This document shows positions 29,536 to 38,536 of a stretch of DNA of 64,000 nt, piece after piece. The position numbers and the translations under genes were made by a program. The notes under the pieces were generated by a model. That model did not search any database, had not been told where the DNA came from, and saw only the letters and a list, made by a program, of their open reading frames with translations. Origin of the DNA: Paracoccaceae bacterium (GTDB lineage: Bacteria > Pseudomonadota > Alphaproteobacteria > Rhodobacterales > Rhodobacteraceae); assembly GCA_047623825.1 (NCBI GenBank), contig JBLHOS010000002.1, forward strand, positions 39,776 through 103,775, read 5' to 3'. Position 1 is the stretch's first letter, and each line of letters opens with the position of its first letter.

Positions 29536-30549
29536 TTAGTTGTTGGCGCGATACTCTTCCAACGTGCTGAGCACGAGGTCGTAGAGTTCTTGGCCCGGCA
29601 AGCCCTGAGAATTCATGCTTTCGATCCAAGCCGCGTGAATTGGTGCCGCATTTTCCGCAAGCAGTGCCAGCTCAGCTTCTGGAATGGTCACGATTTCTAC
29701 GCCGCGCTCTTCAAGTAAAGCATCCCAACGTTCCAGCAGCTCACCATAGTTGGCAAGATAATATTCGATTGAGCCATCAACGGCCTCATCAAGAATCGCC
29801 TGATATTCTGGGCTTAACGCGGCATAGGCATCAGTGTTGACTACAACTGGGCAGTTCACAGTGCCTGGGTTGAGGTTTTCGGTCCACCAATCGGCAATGT
29901 CGATTGTGCGAAAGCTGAGATGCGCATGCTGTGCAAAGGCGACCGTGTCAACAACACCGGACTCCATAGCGTTATACGCTTCGGACGAAGTTACAGACGT
30001 TGGCACGCCGCCCACGCTTTCAAACAACTGGCCGATACCACCGGTTGCACGAACACGCATACCGTCAAACTCTGCAATCGCGTCGCGTGGTTCGCCGGTG
30101 CCAACCAGATTGTACTGCGGCATTGGGGAGGTCATCAGCAGCCGCGCATTCCAGCGACCCAAATCGGCCTGTGTTGCTGGATGGGCGTAGACTGCGTGGC
30201 TGACGGCCACCTCTTCGCGCAAATTGCTGACGCCCAGGAACGGCAGCTCAAGAACTGTGATCGTGGGATTCTTGTCGCGATGATAACCCGCACAGAATTG
30301 TGCGACTTCGAACGCTCCGATTGAGATACCGTCAAGGTTCTCGCGGTTGCCAGACAGGCCACCATACGAAATGTTCATGGTGAAATCGCCATTGGTTGCC
30401 TCAGACACGGCGTCAGCCATGTAGTGCACATGCTCAGTAAAGGCGCGGCGCTGGCCCCAAAGTGACACGTTCCATTCTTCAGCTAGGGCTTGCCCAACAA
30501 AAGACACTGAAAGGACCGCGCCGATCGCGGTCGTGGTAAGATGATTCAT
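29536..30549 (-). CDS. TRAP transporter substrate-binding protein (DctP family)
   Basis: 337 aa with signal peptide MNHLTTTAIGAVLSVSFVGQALA and DctP-like core (PFLGV, MRVRATGG). Confidence 0.82.
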   Translation of the reverse strand: MNHLTTTAIGAVLSVSFVGQALAEEWNVSLWGQRRAFTEHVHYMADAVSEATNGDFTMNISYGGLSGNRENLDGISIGAFEVAQFCAGYHRDKNPTITVLELPFLGVSNLREEVAVSHAVYAHPATQADLGRWNARLLMTSPMPQYNLVGTGEPRDAIAEFDGMRVRATGGIGQLFESVGGVPTSVTSSEAYNAMESGVVDTVAFAQHAHLSFRTIDIADWWTENLNPGTVNCPVVVNTDAYAALSPEYQAILDEAVDGSIEYYLANYGELLERWDALLEERGVEIVTIPEAELALLAENAAPIHAAWIESMNSQGLPGQELYDLVLSTLEEYRANN

Positions 30550-30620
30550 GATAGTCTCCCTTTAGCGAGCTATTTTCGTCCCGCGTGCGGCAAGGTTAAC
30601 TAAGGATCTTCAGAGATACC

Positions 30621-30637
30621 AACAGAAATTTTCTGTT
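30621..30637. promoter_or_regulatory. Palindrome AACAGAAA-T-TTTCTGTT between allA and the TRAP operon (candidate operator)
   Basis: Two 8-bp arms with a 1-nt centre, too tight for a hairpin and so more likely a dimeric-protein site. It overlaps the allA stop and lies 72 nt upstream of the dctP-type start. A related ACAG-N6-CTGT occurs at 33634-33647 in the puuE/uraH divergent region. Confidence 0.35.
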
Positions 30638-31118
30638 ATGTAACAATCACAACGGGGGACAGGAGATTGTGTTCCTCGAGATTAATGCCCTCACCAATTC
30701 GGTCGACCACGGCGAATAGGCCCGGTCCGTGAAGTGGGGTCAAAACTCCGTGCCAGACATTTGCCGCAATATTTATCCCCTGACCGGGTGCGGTCAGAAA
30801 CGCCTGAGGCAGGGCGGGTGTGCCGTTTTCATCCTTGGCAACCGTCACCAGAAACGGGTGCTGGGTCATCGGCAAAAACGCCTGACTGCCCAATGGATGA
30901 CGCTCCATCAGGTCCAGCACATAAGGCAGATCCCGCGGGACCGCGTCAAACAAGCTTAGAGCTGCGCGGCCCTCACCCAATTCCAGCACAGCGCGATCAT
31001 GAAACCGGCCACACAGTCCCTGATTGATCAGCATGTCGGGATCGCCAACAGCCTCAAGAACCTGACCAAAGGGGGCAAACGCCTTAGCTGTCAGCGGCTG
31101 CACTACGATTTCTTTCAC
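30636..31118 (-). CDS. allA: Ureidoglycolate lyase
   Basis: 160 aa starting MKEIVVQPLTAKAFAPFGQV, with the ...HPLGSQAF.P... motifs of the ureidoglycolate hydrolase/lyase fold. Confidence 0.85.
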   Translation of the reverse strand: MKEIVVQPLTAKAFAPFGQVLEAVGDPDMLINQGLCGRFHDRAVLELGEGRAALSLFDAVPRDLPYVLDLMERHPLGSQAFLPMTQHPFLVTVAKDENGTPALPQAFLTAPGQGINIAANVWHGVLTPLHGPGLFAVVDRIGEGINLEEHNLLSPVVIVT

Positions 31119-32146
31119 GCCGTTAATGTTCCAAAGAGGCGCAAACGCGACACCCCGCCATCGGGATAGATATTCAACCGAACATGGGTGACGGGACCAA
31201 GGTCAACCAATTCATCGTCAAAGAAATGCTCTTTGTCGGGACCCATTTCTGAGGGTGGCAACAGTTCCTTCCAGAACATTGCATCCGTAATCAGTGCTTT
31301 GGTTAATCCGTCGCCAAAGTTACGCAGATCAGCTGCCTGAAGCGACGCTTTGTGTGGATAATTTCCCTTGAAAAACTTGGTATCAATCAAGGCTTTTTCA
31401 ATCCGGCCCCGCGCGCCAAGCGCGATGACGATCCAGTCGTAACCCGGCTCACGGCGGCGGCGGGTTTCCCAGCCATCGCCCATGTTTTCGCCACGCCCCG
31501 GTGCAAGCAGGCGGGTGTAGTCACCATAATGGGCGTCTGAAAGGCCCAGAATGCGGCCACCATTCAACGAGGCCGCAAGATCAATCTGTCCTTTGACTTT
31601 AGCTGTATCTAATTTGGGCACGCCAAAAACCCGAAGCCGTGCAACACCCCCATCGGGAAAAATATGCAGGCGCAGATGCGTCCAAGTTCCATCAATATCG
31701 CAGCCAAAATAATGATTATCATTTGCGCCAAGCGCCTTATGCGGCAAAATCATGACCCACTGTGCATCCGTTGGTGGAACATCTTCGGCGCAGTTAGTCG
31801 CCTCAATCATGCAGGCCGGCGCGTAATTACCAGTAAAATGGCTGGTATCGACATCAAATCCAAGGATCCGCCCGGCGGCGGCCAGTTTAATGATTGCCTC
31901 ATCGTGACCACCATCGCGGCGGCGCTGGCTTTCCCAGCCATCCATCCATTTGCCGTTATCGTCAAATTTGCCGTCAACGAAGATCGCAGGAGCGTCATCC
32001 AGCATCCGCGACAGCGGCGCAAAGAAGTCATTTGTGGACCAAATTGCCTTGGCCCCAAGTCCGGCGGACGCCAGATTGATACCGGTGCGGGCAAAAAGTG
32101 GAATTTCGGGGTTCAAGCTTTCAATGGCGGTCATGGGGGCTTTCAA
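31115..32146 (-). CDS. alc: Allantoicase
   Basis: 343 aa with two allantoicase repeats (DGWESQRRR... and DGWETRRRR...). It overlaps both neighbours by 4 nt. Confidence 0.88.
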   Translation of the reverse strand: MKAPMTAIESLNPEIPLFARTGINLASAGLGAKAIWSTNDFFAPLSRMLDDAPAIFVDGKFDDNGKWMDGWESQRRRDGGHDEAIIKLAAAGRILGFDVDTSHFTGNYAPACMIEATNCAEDVPPTDAQWVMILPHKALGANDNHYFGCDIDGTWTHLRLHIFPDGGVARLRVFGVPKLDTAKVKGQIDLAASLNGGRILGLSDAHYGDYTRLLAPGRGENMGDGWETRRRREPGYDWIVIALGARGRIEKALIDTKFFKGNYPHKASLQAADLRNFGDGLTKALITDAMFWKELLPPSEMGPDKEHFFDDELVDLGPVTHVRLNIYPDGGVSRLRLFGTLTA

Positions 32147-33573
32147 GGCAAAATGGCGTCAAGGCGCAGTCGGGCAATCCGTTCAACTTGACGGCAGGCT
32201 TCGGCAAATTCGGTCGCTGTATCGTTATAGATACGCCGCTCAAACGTTGTTAAGATCGTGGTCTTGGTATAGTCGCGAACCGCAATAATAAAGGGAAATC
32301 CGTGCTTTGCGGTGTAGGCATTGTTAAGTTGGGTAAAGGTTGCGTGTTCGATCTCTGTCATCGCATCCAGCCCGGCGCTGGCTTGCTCAGACGTGCTTTC
32401 ACCGGTCAATCGCTTGGCGGCGGCCAGTTTGCCCGCAAGATCGGGATGCGCATTCAAAACACCCAACCGCTCTGTTGGCGTGGCGCTGCGGAACACTCTG
32501 GCAAGGGCACTTTGCAAACCGACAGCCGTATCATGGGCGGGACCCAATTCTAGGTCAAAGGCACGGTCCGCCACCCATGGCGAATGCTCGATGATTGATC
32601 CATAGGTTGCGACGAAATTTGCCCGGTCCAACAGCGACGGGCGCACGCGAGGGGCAGGGGCCGGATGGGTCGCGGCCCAATGCCGGGCAATATCGATCCG
32701 GCGTGCAAACCACACATCCGCATGGCTTTGTGCATATTCAATGAACCGTTTCAACGCCATGACCCGTCCGGGTCTGCCGATCAGTCGGCAATGCAGCCCG
32801 ATTGACAGCATTTTTGGCACGTCCGCCTGACCTTCGGCATAAAGCGCGTCAAAGCTGTCTTTTAGGTAGGTCTCAAACTGATCGCCGGAATTAAAACCCT
32901 GTGGCGTGGCAAATCGCATATCATTTGCGTCCAACGTGTAAGGGATAATCAGCTGATCACGCTCCCCAAACTTTTCCCAATAGGGCAGATCATCGGCATA
33001 AGTGTCTGAGACGTAGTCAAACCCGCCATGCTCCGCGACAAGTCGGACCGTGTTTTCGCTACAACGTCCGGTGTACCAACCCTGCGGACGGCTTCCGGTA
33101 ACCTCGGTATGAAGTCGGACTGCCTCTGCCATATCTCTCGCTTCGAGATCGGCTGACATGTCTTTGTATTCAATCCATTTTAATCCGTGCGACGCGATTT
33201 CCCAATTGGCGTCTTTCATCGCCTCAACTTGTGCAGGTGATCGAGCAAGTGCTGTCGCCACGCCGTAAACCGTAACCGGAATCTCATGATCGGTGAACAA
33301 TCGATGCAGCCGCCAAAAGCCGGCGCGGGCGCCGTATTCGTAAATCGACTCCATATTCCAATGCCGTTTCCCGGGCCATGCGGCGGCCCCGACAATCTCC
33401 GACAGGAAGGCCTCTGACGCGGCATCGCCGTGCAAGATATTGTTTTCACCGCCTTCTTCGTAGTTCACAACGAACTGAACAGCGATCTTTGCATCACCCG
33501 GCCATTGTGCATCAGGGGCGTTCGGCCCGTGGCCGTGCATATCGCGGGGGTAGCGAGGTGGTGTGATTGGCAT
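32143..33573 (-). CDS. Fusion protein: PuuE-type allantoinase (polysaccharide deacetylase fold) plus OHCU decarboxylase (UraD)
   Basis: The N-terminal roughly 300 aa (YPRDMHGHG...VQFVVNYEEGGE...) match PuuE. The C-terminal roughly 165 aa (FVATYGSIIEHSPWVA...LNAHPDLAGK...FPFIIAVR) match OHCU decarboxylase. GAGGG SD before ATG 33573; the ORF-track start at 33624 is a TTG. Confidence 0.82.
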   Translation of the reverse strand: MPITPPRYPRDMHGHGPNAPDAQWPGDAKIAVQFVVNYEEGGENNILHGDAASEAFLSEIVGAAAWPGKRHWNMESIYEYGARAGFWRLHRLFTDHEIPVTVYGVATALARSPAQVEAMKDANWEIASHGLKWIEYKDMSADLEARDMAEAVRLHTEVTGSRPQGWYTGRCSENTVRLVAEHGGFDYVSDTYADDLPYWEKFGERDQLIIPYTLDANDMRFATPQGFNSGDQFETYLKDSFDALYAEGQADVPKMLSIGLHCRLIGRPGRVMALKRFIEYAQSHADVWFARRIDIARHWAATHPAPAPRVRPSLLDRANFVATYGSIIEHSPWVADRAFDLELGPAHDTAVGLQSALARVFRSATPTERLGVLNAHPDLAGKLAAAKRLTGESTSEQASAGLDAMTEIEHATFTQLNNAYTAKHGFPFIIAVRDYTKTTILTTFERRIYNDTATEFAEACRQVERIARLRLDAILP

Positions 33574-33707
33574 GATGCCCTCAAATCTAGCAGACGCCTT
33601 GGAATTAGGCTTATATCTTGCCAAAGAGCAAGAACAGCCGACTCTGTCCCCTTGCGGAATGGGTAAGAAATGTCTGAAATGGCTGAGAAACGATCACTGG
33701 GGGCGCC

Positions 33708-34064
33708 ATGAATGATGGATATTTGACCACTCACGTGCTGGATACAGCGCGTGGAGTGCCAGCAAAGGGGGTCAAGATTGTCCTCTATCGGGTCTTAGGC
33801 GACGATCGTGACAAGATTGCAGAGTTGCTGACCAACACGGATGGGCGCACTGAGACGCCGATCCTGCCAGCAGATAAATTTGCGACAGGCATGTATGAAT
33901 TGGTCTTTTTCGCAGGTGATTATCTGCGCGCCACCGCCCAAGATCAGGCCGAGCCGTTGTTTTTGGACACAATCGCGATCCGGTTTGGCATAGCAGAGGT
34001 CACGCATTACCATGTGCCGCTATTGCTGTCGCCGTTCGGCTATTCGACATATCGGGGCAGTTGA
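33708..34064 (+). CDS. uraH: 5-hydroxyisourate hydrolase (transthyretin-like)
   Basis: 118 aa: LTTHVLDTARGVPAKGV...YHVPLLLSPFGYSTYRGS, including the diagnostic C-terminal YRGS. Confidence 0.9.
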   Translation: MNDGYLTTHVLDTARGVPAKGVKIVLYRVLGDDRDKIAELLTNTDGRTETPILPADKFATGMYELVFFAGDYLRATAQDQAEPLFLDTIAIRFGIAEVTHYHVPLLLSPFGYSTYRGS

Positions 34065-35299
34065 TGGAATGGATTGTTCTAACGTCTTGGGCCGAATTCG
34101 CCGTCCGGTGGCTGCATGTTATCACGGCGATCGCGTGGATTGGATCCAGTTTCTATTTCATCGCGCTTGATCTGGGTCTGCGCCGCGACCCGCGCCCGGC
34201 ATCAGGTGCTGACGGTGATGAATGGCAGGTTCATGGCGGCGGCTTCTACCATATTCAGAAATACATGATCGCCCCATCAGAAATGCCTGAGCATTTGGTT
34301 TGGTTTAAATGGGAGGCCTATGCCACTTGGCTATCGGGGGCGGCACTGCTGGCACTGGTCTATTGGGTTGGGGCTGAGTTGTACCTGATTGACTACAACG
34401 TCCAAGACCTGACGACTGGCCAAGCGATCCTGATTTCCGCAGGCTCCTTGATGATCGGGTGGATGGCCTATGATGTGTTGTGCAAATCAGGGCTGGGGGA
34501 CAAACCTACATTTCTGATGGTCCTGCTGTTCATTTTGTTGGTGGCTATGGCGTGGGGATACACACAGGTCTTCTCAGGGCGGGCCGCCTTGCTGCATCTG
34601 GGGGCGTTCACTGCGACGATTATGTCGGCCAATGTGTTCTTTATCATCATACCGAACCAAAAAATTGTGGTCGCTGATCTAAAGGCGGGGCGCACTCCGG
34701 CTGCAAAATACGGCAAGATTGCCAAGCTGCGCTCAACCCACAACAATTACCTGACCCTGCCGGTCATTTTCTTGATGCTGTCCAATCACTATCCATTGGC
34801 GTTCGCGTCTGAGTATAATTGGATCATCGCCAGCCTTGTCTTTTTGATGGGTGTCACGATCCGGCATTTCTTCAACTCCATGCATTCCAAAAATGTCATG
34901 TTGTGGTGGACTTGGGGCGTGACGCTGGCGATTTTTCTGGTGATTGTGTTTTTGTCGATGGCCCCTTTGCTGCGCGCGGATGCCGCTGATCAGGAAGTGC
35001 GGCTAAGCCCCATGGCTGAACGCCTGATCGCGCATGAAGATTTCCCCGATGTGGCCAATATCATTCTGGGACGCTGCTCTATGTGTCACGGCACTGAGGT
35101 CTACTGGCCCGGATTGGCCTGGGCGCCCAAAGGTGTGCTGCTGGACACTGACGCGATGATTGCGTCGAACGCGCGGGCGATCTACTTACAAGCAGGCGCC
35201 AGCCATGCCATGCCCCCCGGCAATCTATCCTACATGGAAGACGCTGAGCGGGCCGTCATTCGGCATTGGTATCAATCAGGAGTTTCCGGCGCGCTCTGA
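34061..35299 (+). CDS. puuD: Urate hydroxylase PuuD (membrane protein with C-terminal cytochrome c CxxCH)
   Basis: 412 aa. The polytopic N-terminal part has RWLHVITAIAWIGSSFYFIALD, and the C-terminus has heme-binding CSMCHG. The start overlaps the uraH stop. Confidence 0.8.
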   Translation: MMEWIVLTSWAEFAVRWLHVITAIAWIGSSFYFIALDLGLRRDPRPASGADGDEWQVHGGGFYHIQKYMIAPSEMPEHLVWFKWEAYATWLSGAALLALVYWVGAELYLIDYNVQDLTTGQAILISAGSLMIGWMAYDVLCKSGLGDKPTFLMVLLFILLVAMAWGYTQVFSGRAALLHLGAFTATIMSANVFFIIIPNQKIVVADLKAGRTPAAKYGKIAKLRSTHNNYLTLPVIFLMLSNHYPLAFASEYNWIIASLVFLMGVTIRHFFNSMHSKNVMLWWTWGVTLAIFLVIVFLSMAPLLRADAADQEVRLSPMAERLIAHEDFPDVANIILGRCSMCHGTEVYWPGLAWAPKGVLLDTDAMIASNARAIYLQAGASHAMPPGNLSYMEDAERAVIRHWYQSGVSGAL

Positions 35300-35312
35300 C
35301 TAAGGATACGCA

Positions 35313-36071
35313 ATGGCTTCCCCAACAAATCCTCTTAAAATCGCCGTTCAGGCAGGCACCTTGCTTAAAGGTATCTGGCTTTGCATGGGCTCGCAAATTG
35401 CAGCTGAAATTGCAGGGCATGCCGGGTTTGACTGGTGTCTGATCGATGGCGAACACGCCCCCTATGATCCGACAAATATCCGCGCGCAGTTGATCGCACT
35501 GGCTGGTACGCCTGCGCATGCTATGGTGCGCGTGCCCGTGGCTGAGGATTGGATCCTTAAACAAATGCTTGATATTGGGGCGCAGAATTTGTTGGTACCC
35601 ATGGTCAACACTGCCGATCAGGCCCGCCATATTGTAAGTGCCACCCGGTATCCGCTACAGGGTCATCGCGGCATGGGCGCCGATATCGCCCGCGTTTCAG
35701 GCTTTGGGGCGACACCGAATTACGCTGCAACTGCTAATGACAATATTTGCCTATTTGTACAGGCTGAATCGGTTCAAGCAATTGACAACCTAGAGGAGAT
35801 TTGTGACGTGCAGGGCGTCGATGGCGTTTTCATCGGCCCCGCTGATCTGGCTTGCGATATGGGCTACCGAGACCAGATGGGACACCCTGATGTTGTGCAG
35901 CTGATCGGCCAAGCCATCGCCCGGATCACCGCAAGCGGTAAGACGGCTGGGATCATTTCAGCCTCAGCAACTGACCGGGCGCGCTATGTTGAACAAGGGG
36001 TGACATTTTTGGGCATGGGCGCTGAGGTGTCAATCTTGGCGCGTGGCTTACGGGCCTTGGCGGCGGAATGA
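35313..36071 (+). CDS. HpcH/HpaI family class II pyruvate aldolase
   Basis: 252 aa with GFDWCLIDGEHAP, VRVP, LLVPMVNT, RYPLQGHRG and GVDGVFIGPADL motifs. Confidence 0.82.
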   Translation: MASPTNPLKIAVQAGTLLKGIWLCMGSQIAAEIAGHAGFDWCLIDGEHAPYDPTNIRAQLIALAGTPAHAMVRVPVAEDWILKQMLDIGAQNLLVPMVNTADQARHIVSATRYPLQGHRGMGADIARVSGFGATPNYAATANDNICLFVQAESVQAIDNLEEICDVQGVDGVFIGPADLACDMGYRDQMGHPDVVQLIGQAIARITASGKTAGIISASATDRARYVEQGVTFLGMGAEVSILARGLRALAAE

Positions 36072-36099
36072 CAAATTGATCAACCTGCAAGATGGCACG

Positions 36100-37119
36100 A
36101 TGCACCTGTCGCTGGATCCTGAGGTTGGTAACATTCCTTTGTGGAAGGTCGGGGGCCGCACGCCGTTGCACACGGCCCCTTGGCGCGATGATATCGCAGT
36201 GCAGGCTGATCTAAATTTGCCTGCGGTCAACAAACGTCTTGCTGGTGATTTTTTATGCGCTCCGTTTGGGCATGATGACGTGACCCATGGCCCACCACAC
36301 GGACCACCGGCCAACAGCCCGTGGGATGTGGTGGCCCAAACTACGACATCGGCTGAACTGCAACTCAGCGTTCCGCTCCGCGGTGCCCATGTCCGCAAAT
36401 TAGTACAGATCAACGCCGCTCATTCAGCGCTTTACCAAACCCATACGGTGACCGGAGGGCAAGGGCAGATGACGCTTGCCCACCACCCGATGACGCATCT
36501 TGGTGGCAAAGGTAGGCTTAGCTTTTCGCCCAAACAGGCGATTTTGACAGATGTGATCGCGCAATACCCCGGTCACGCGCTTTGGTCATCTGGGCAGATG
36601 CGCCAAGATATGCATCTGACTTGTGTTGATGGTCAGCTGTGGGATTGCCGCGATTATCCAACCGATCACAAGGTTGAGGACTTTGCGATCTTAGTTGAGG
36701 CGCCGGATAGAAAAATTGGCTGGACCTGCGTGATGCGCGACGATGAGGACGACATGTTGATCATCCTCAAGGACGCGGCCGTACTGCCACTAACAATGCT
36801 GTGGATCTCAAATGGTGGGCGGGACTTTGCACCGTGGAACGGACGCCACACAGGTGTGCTTGGGATTGAAGACGGGATCGCGGGCGGTGCCAACGGGTTT
36901 GCCATGGCGCTGTCTGACAACCGCCTGACAGATCTTGGTGTGCCGACGTATTTTGAGCTCGGAGCGACACACCGCTTTCGCCATGCGATGATTTCACTGC
37001 CGCGCCCCAAGGGCTGGCAAGATCTAGCCGCGCTTGATCTGGCCCCCGGTCATCTGCTCCTGTACGCCTCCAATGGTGAGATTTTTAAACATCCCTTCGT
37101 ATCGGAGTTCTTTGAATGA
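36100..37119 (+). CDS. Conserved protein of unknown function (possibly a mutarotase-like beta-sandwich)
   Basis: Roughly 340-aa ORF with good coding character and no motif I can name with confidence. Start is either ATG 36100 or GTG 36043; the latter overlaps the aldolase gene. Confidence 0.55.
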   Translation: MHLSLDPEVGNIPLWKVGGRTPLHTAPWRDDIAVQADLNLPAVNKRLAGDFLCAPFGHDDVTHGPPHGPPANSPWDVVAQTTTSAELQLSVPLRGAHVRKLVQINAAHSALYQTHTVTGGQGQMTLAHHPMTHLGGKGRLSFSPKQAILTDVIAQYPGHALWSSGQMRQDMHLTCVDGQLWDCRDYPTDHKVEDFAILVEAPDRKIGWTCVMRDDEDDMLIILKDAAVLPLTMLWISNGGRDFAPWNGRHTGVLGIEDGIAGGANGFAMALSDNRLTDLGVPTYFELGATHRFRHAMISLPRPKGWQDLAALDLAPGHLLLYASNGEIFKHPFVSEFFE

Positions 37120-37562
37120 TCTTAGTTGATGCCGACGCCTGCCCGGTGAAAGAGGAAATCTACAAGACCGCTTATCGCCATAATCTGCCCGTCCTGCTGG
37201 TGGCAAACCAATATTTGCGCCATCCCGATCATCCCTTGATCTCAATGAAAATGGTGTCAGACGGATTTGACGCGGCGGATGATGTAATTGTTGAGATGGC
37301 GGGCCCGACGACACTGGTCATCACAACCGATATCTTGCTGGCTGAGCGGTGCCTGACCAAAGGGGCCTTGGTTCTCGGCCCCAAGGGGGATGCGTTCACA
37401 CTGGCCTCAATTGGAACGCAGGTGGCGACGCGCGCGATCATGGCCGATTTACGGGCCGGTTTGGACGGCCAAGGGATTGGCGGGGCTAAGCCGTTCTCAA
37501 AATCAGACCGATCAAATTTTTTGAACACCTTAGAGACCACCCTGCGCCGTTTGCCACGTTAA
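37116..37562 (+). CDS. yaiI: YaiI/YqxD family protein (UPF0178/DUF188)
   Basis: 148 aa starting MILVDADACPVKEEIY, the signature N-terminus of UPF0178. It overlaps the upstream stop by 4 nt. Confidence 0.8.
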   Translation: MILVDADACPVKEEIYKTAYRHNLPVLLVANQYLRHPDHPLISMKMVSDGFDAADDVIVEMAGPTTLVITTDILLAERCLTKGALVLGPKGDAFTLASIGTQVATRAIMADLRAGLDGQGIGGAKPFSKSDRSNFLNTLETTLRRLPR

Positions 37563-37652
37563 CGTCCTGTTAACCGAGCTACTCCGCGCCGCGTCCTTTC
37601 TTATTCGATAAATATCGCGAGGAGTTTGAGAGGGTGGCCCCTTATCGCCGCT

Positions 37653-38471
37653 CTAAAGTCCCGCAAGCTTAGCCTGATCCCAAAGCGCATCCATTTCACC
37701 AAGGTCACTCTTAGCCGGCTCGCTGCCAATCTTGGCAAGCTCAGCCTCGACAAAGGCAAAGCGCCGCATGAACTTGGCATTTGTGGCACGCAGGGCCGCC
37801 TCTGGATCAACCTTCAGATGCCGCGCAAGATTGGCCATAACGAACAACAGATCGCCCATTTCATCCGCAACTTCTTCTTGGCTTAACTGGTCACGCGCCT
37901 CGATTAACTCGCGGCTTTCTTCGCTGATCTTGTCCAGAACTTGTCCGATCTCGGGCCAGTCAAACCCCACCCGTGCCGCACGGTTTTGCAATTTTTCGGC
38001 GCGCATCAACGCTGGCAAGTTGCGGGCAACATCGTCTAGCACACCGGTTGCCGCCCGTGTCGCGCGCTCTGCGGCCTTGATCGTTTCCCAGTCCTCTATT
38101 TGCTGATCTGCACTCTTTTCGCGGCTCTCGTCGCCAAAGACATGTGGGTGGCGTGCGACCATCTTATCCGAAATCCCATCGGCGATTGACTGAAAATCAA
38201 ACAATCCCTGCTCGGCTGCGATCTGCGCATGATAGACGGTTTGCAGAAGCAAATCCCCCAATTCGCCTTTCAGCTCGCCCCAGGCTTGCCGCTCGATCGC
38301 GTCGGCGACCTCATAGGCCTCCTCAACTGTGTAGGGGGCAATGGTCGCAAAGCTCTGTTCGATATCCCACGGACACCCGGTTTTTGGGTCGCGCAACCGG
38401 CGCATGATTTCCAATAGCCGTGGCATCCCACCGTCGGGATTATGGACAAGATCGTCAGATGGATTGGCCAT
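37653..38471 (-). CDS. mazG: Nucleoside triphosphate pyrophosphohydrolase MazG
   Basis: LLEIMRRLRDPKTGCPWDIEQSF, and two MazG domains with EEAYEV and ELGDLL / EMGDLLF motifs. ATG 38471 preferred over TTG 38495. Confidence 0.88.
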   Translation of the reverse strand: MANPSDDLVHNPDGGMPRLLEIMRRLRDPKTGCPWDIEQSFATIAPYTVEEAYEVADAIERQAWGELKGELGDLLLQTVYHAQIAAEQGLFDFQSIADGISDKMVARHPHVFGDESREKSADQQIEDWETIKAAERATRAATGVLDDVARNLPALMRAEKLQNRAARVGFDWPEIGQVLDKISEESRELIEARDQLSQEEVADEMGDLLFVMANLARHLKVDPEAALRATNAKFMRRFAFVEAELAKIGSEPAKSDLGEMDALWDQAKLAGL

Positions 38472-38536
38472 TGCAGTGGGTCCTGATTTGGGCAAAGATT
38501 TCCCGCTTTAATCGTGGATGCAAATCGGAGTCCAGC

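Noticed and set aside
31353-31361. A third perfect DnaA box TGTGGATAA
   Set aside because: It lies inside the allantoicase coding sequence. A single 9-mer match is expected by chance about once per 64-kb window when both strands are counted.
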